Assembly (NCBI GenBank): GCA_032718475.1
Contig: JAUCBJ010009143.1
Span: 186,001 to 250,000, forward strand
Length of the DNA: 64,000 nt
Direction of reading: 5' to 3'
DNA from: Nemertoderma westbladi
Taxonomy: Eukaryota; Animalia; Xenacoelomorpha
This document shows positions 62,801 to 64,000 of the stretch, piece after piece. The notes under the pieces were generated by a model. That model did not search any database, was not told the origin of the DNA, and saw only the letters and a program-made list of their open reading frames with translations. The position numbers and the translations under genes are program-made. Position 1 is the first letter of the stretch, and every line of letters begins with the position of its first letter.

Positions 62801-64000
62801 TCCAGATTAATTTATCTTCTACTTCAACTGGGCCACCAGATCTCCCGATTAATCCAACTTCTACTTCCGCACACTCGAAGCCTCACCACCTGGCCAGCAG
62901 CACTCCAGATTAATTTAACTTCTACTTCAACTGGGCCACCAGATCTCCCGATTAATCCAACTTCTACTTCCGCACACTCGAAGCCTCACCACCTGGCCAG
63001 CAGCACTCCAGATTAATTTATCTTCTACTTCAACTGGGCCACCAGATCTCCCTATTAATCTACCTTCTACTTCCGCACACTCGAAGCCTCACCACCTGGC
63101 CAGCATCACTCCAGATTAATTTATCTTCTACTTCAACTGGGCCACCAGATCTCCCGATTAATCCAACCTCTACTTTCGCACACTCGAAGCCTCATCCACT
63201 GGGCCAGCAGCACTCCAGATTAATTTATCTTCTACTTCAACTGGGCCTCCAGATCTCCCTATTAATCTACCTTCTACTTCCGCACACTCGAAGCCTCACC
63301 ACCTGGCCAGCAGCACTCCAGATTAATATATCTTCTACTTCAACTGGGCCACCAGATCTCCCTATTAATCCAACTTCTACTTCCGCACACTCAAAGCCTC
63401 ACCACCTGGCCAGCAGCACTCTAGATTAATTTATCTTCTACTTCAACTGGGCCACCAGCTCTCCCTATTAATCTACCTTCTACTTCCGCACACTCGAAGC
63501 CTCACCACCTGGCCAGCAGCACTCCAGATTAATTTATCTTCTACTTCAACTGGGCCACCAGATCTCCCTATTAATCTACCTTCTACTTCCGCACACTCGA
63601 AGCCTCACCACCTGGCCAGCAGCACTCCAGATTAATTTTTCTTCTACTTCAACTGGGCCACAATATATCCCTATTAATCTACCTTCTACTTCCGCACACT
63701 CGAAGCCTCACCACCTGGCCAGCAGCACTCCAGATTAATTTATCTTCTACTTCAACTGGGCCTCCAGATCTCCCTATTAATCTACCTACTACTTCCGCAC
63801 ACTCGAGGCCTCACCACCTGGCCAGCAGCACTCCAGATTAATTTATCTTCTACTTCAACTGGGCTACCAGATCTCCCTATTAATCTACCTTCTACTTCCG
63901 CACCTAAGAAGCCTCACCACCTGGCCAGCAGCACTCCAGATTAATTTATCTTCTACTTCAACTGGGCCACCAGATCTCCCTATTAATCTACCTTCTACTT
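38892..64000 (+). repeat. 103-bp satellite array, segment 4 (~244 monomers)
   Basis: Same monomer and orientation, with no further insertion up to the window end; most homogeneous at about 55-59.5 kb. Confidence 0.99.

Overview
Eukaryotic, centromere-like or heterochromatic satellite DNA with no cellular genes. About 56 kb (roughly 550 copies) is a head-to-tail, single-orientation array of a 103-bp monomer, built from a 42-bp and a related 61-bp subrepeat. Three young retroelement insertions interrupt it. (1) A full-length Ty3/Gypsy LTR retrotransposon of Mag-like type on the minus strand (10351-15422), with 225-bp LTRs, a 5-bp TSD TCTAC, a tRNA-Ser-like PBS, a PPT and one 1475-aa gag-pol ORF. 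(2) A 5'-truncated RTE-clade LINE on the plus strand (25516-27566) with an 11-bp TSD. (3) A 440-bp 3' fragment of the same LINE family on the minus strand (38458-38897), with a (TAG)n tail, a target deletion and a microhomology junction. The most notable points are: non-canonical catalytic motifs in the intact Gypsy ORF (DPG protease, IVED RT, DD44E integrase); satellite-like motifs within the LTR; a perfect 26-bp palindrome at the LINE truncation point; an empty-site copy of the LTR locus; and nested higher-order duplications (8-, 12-, 13- and 18-mer, about 5-6 kb, about 42 kb). All comparisons were made by eye, and the host organism and centromere function cannot be established from the sequence.
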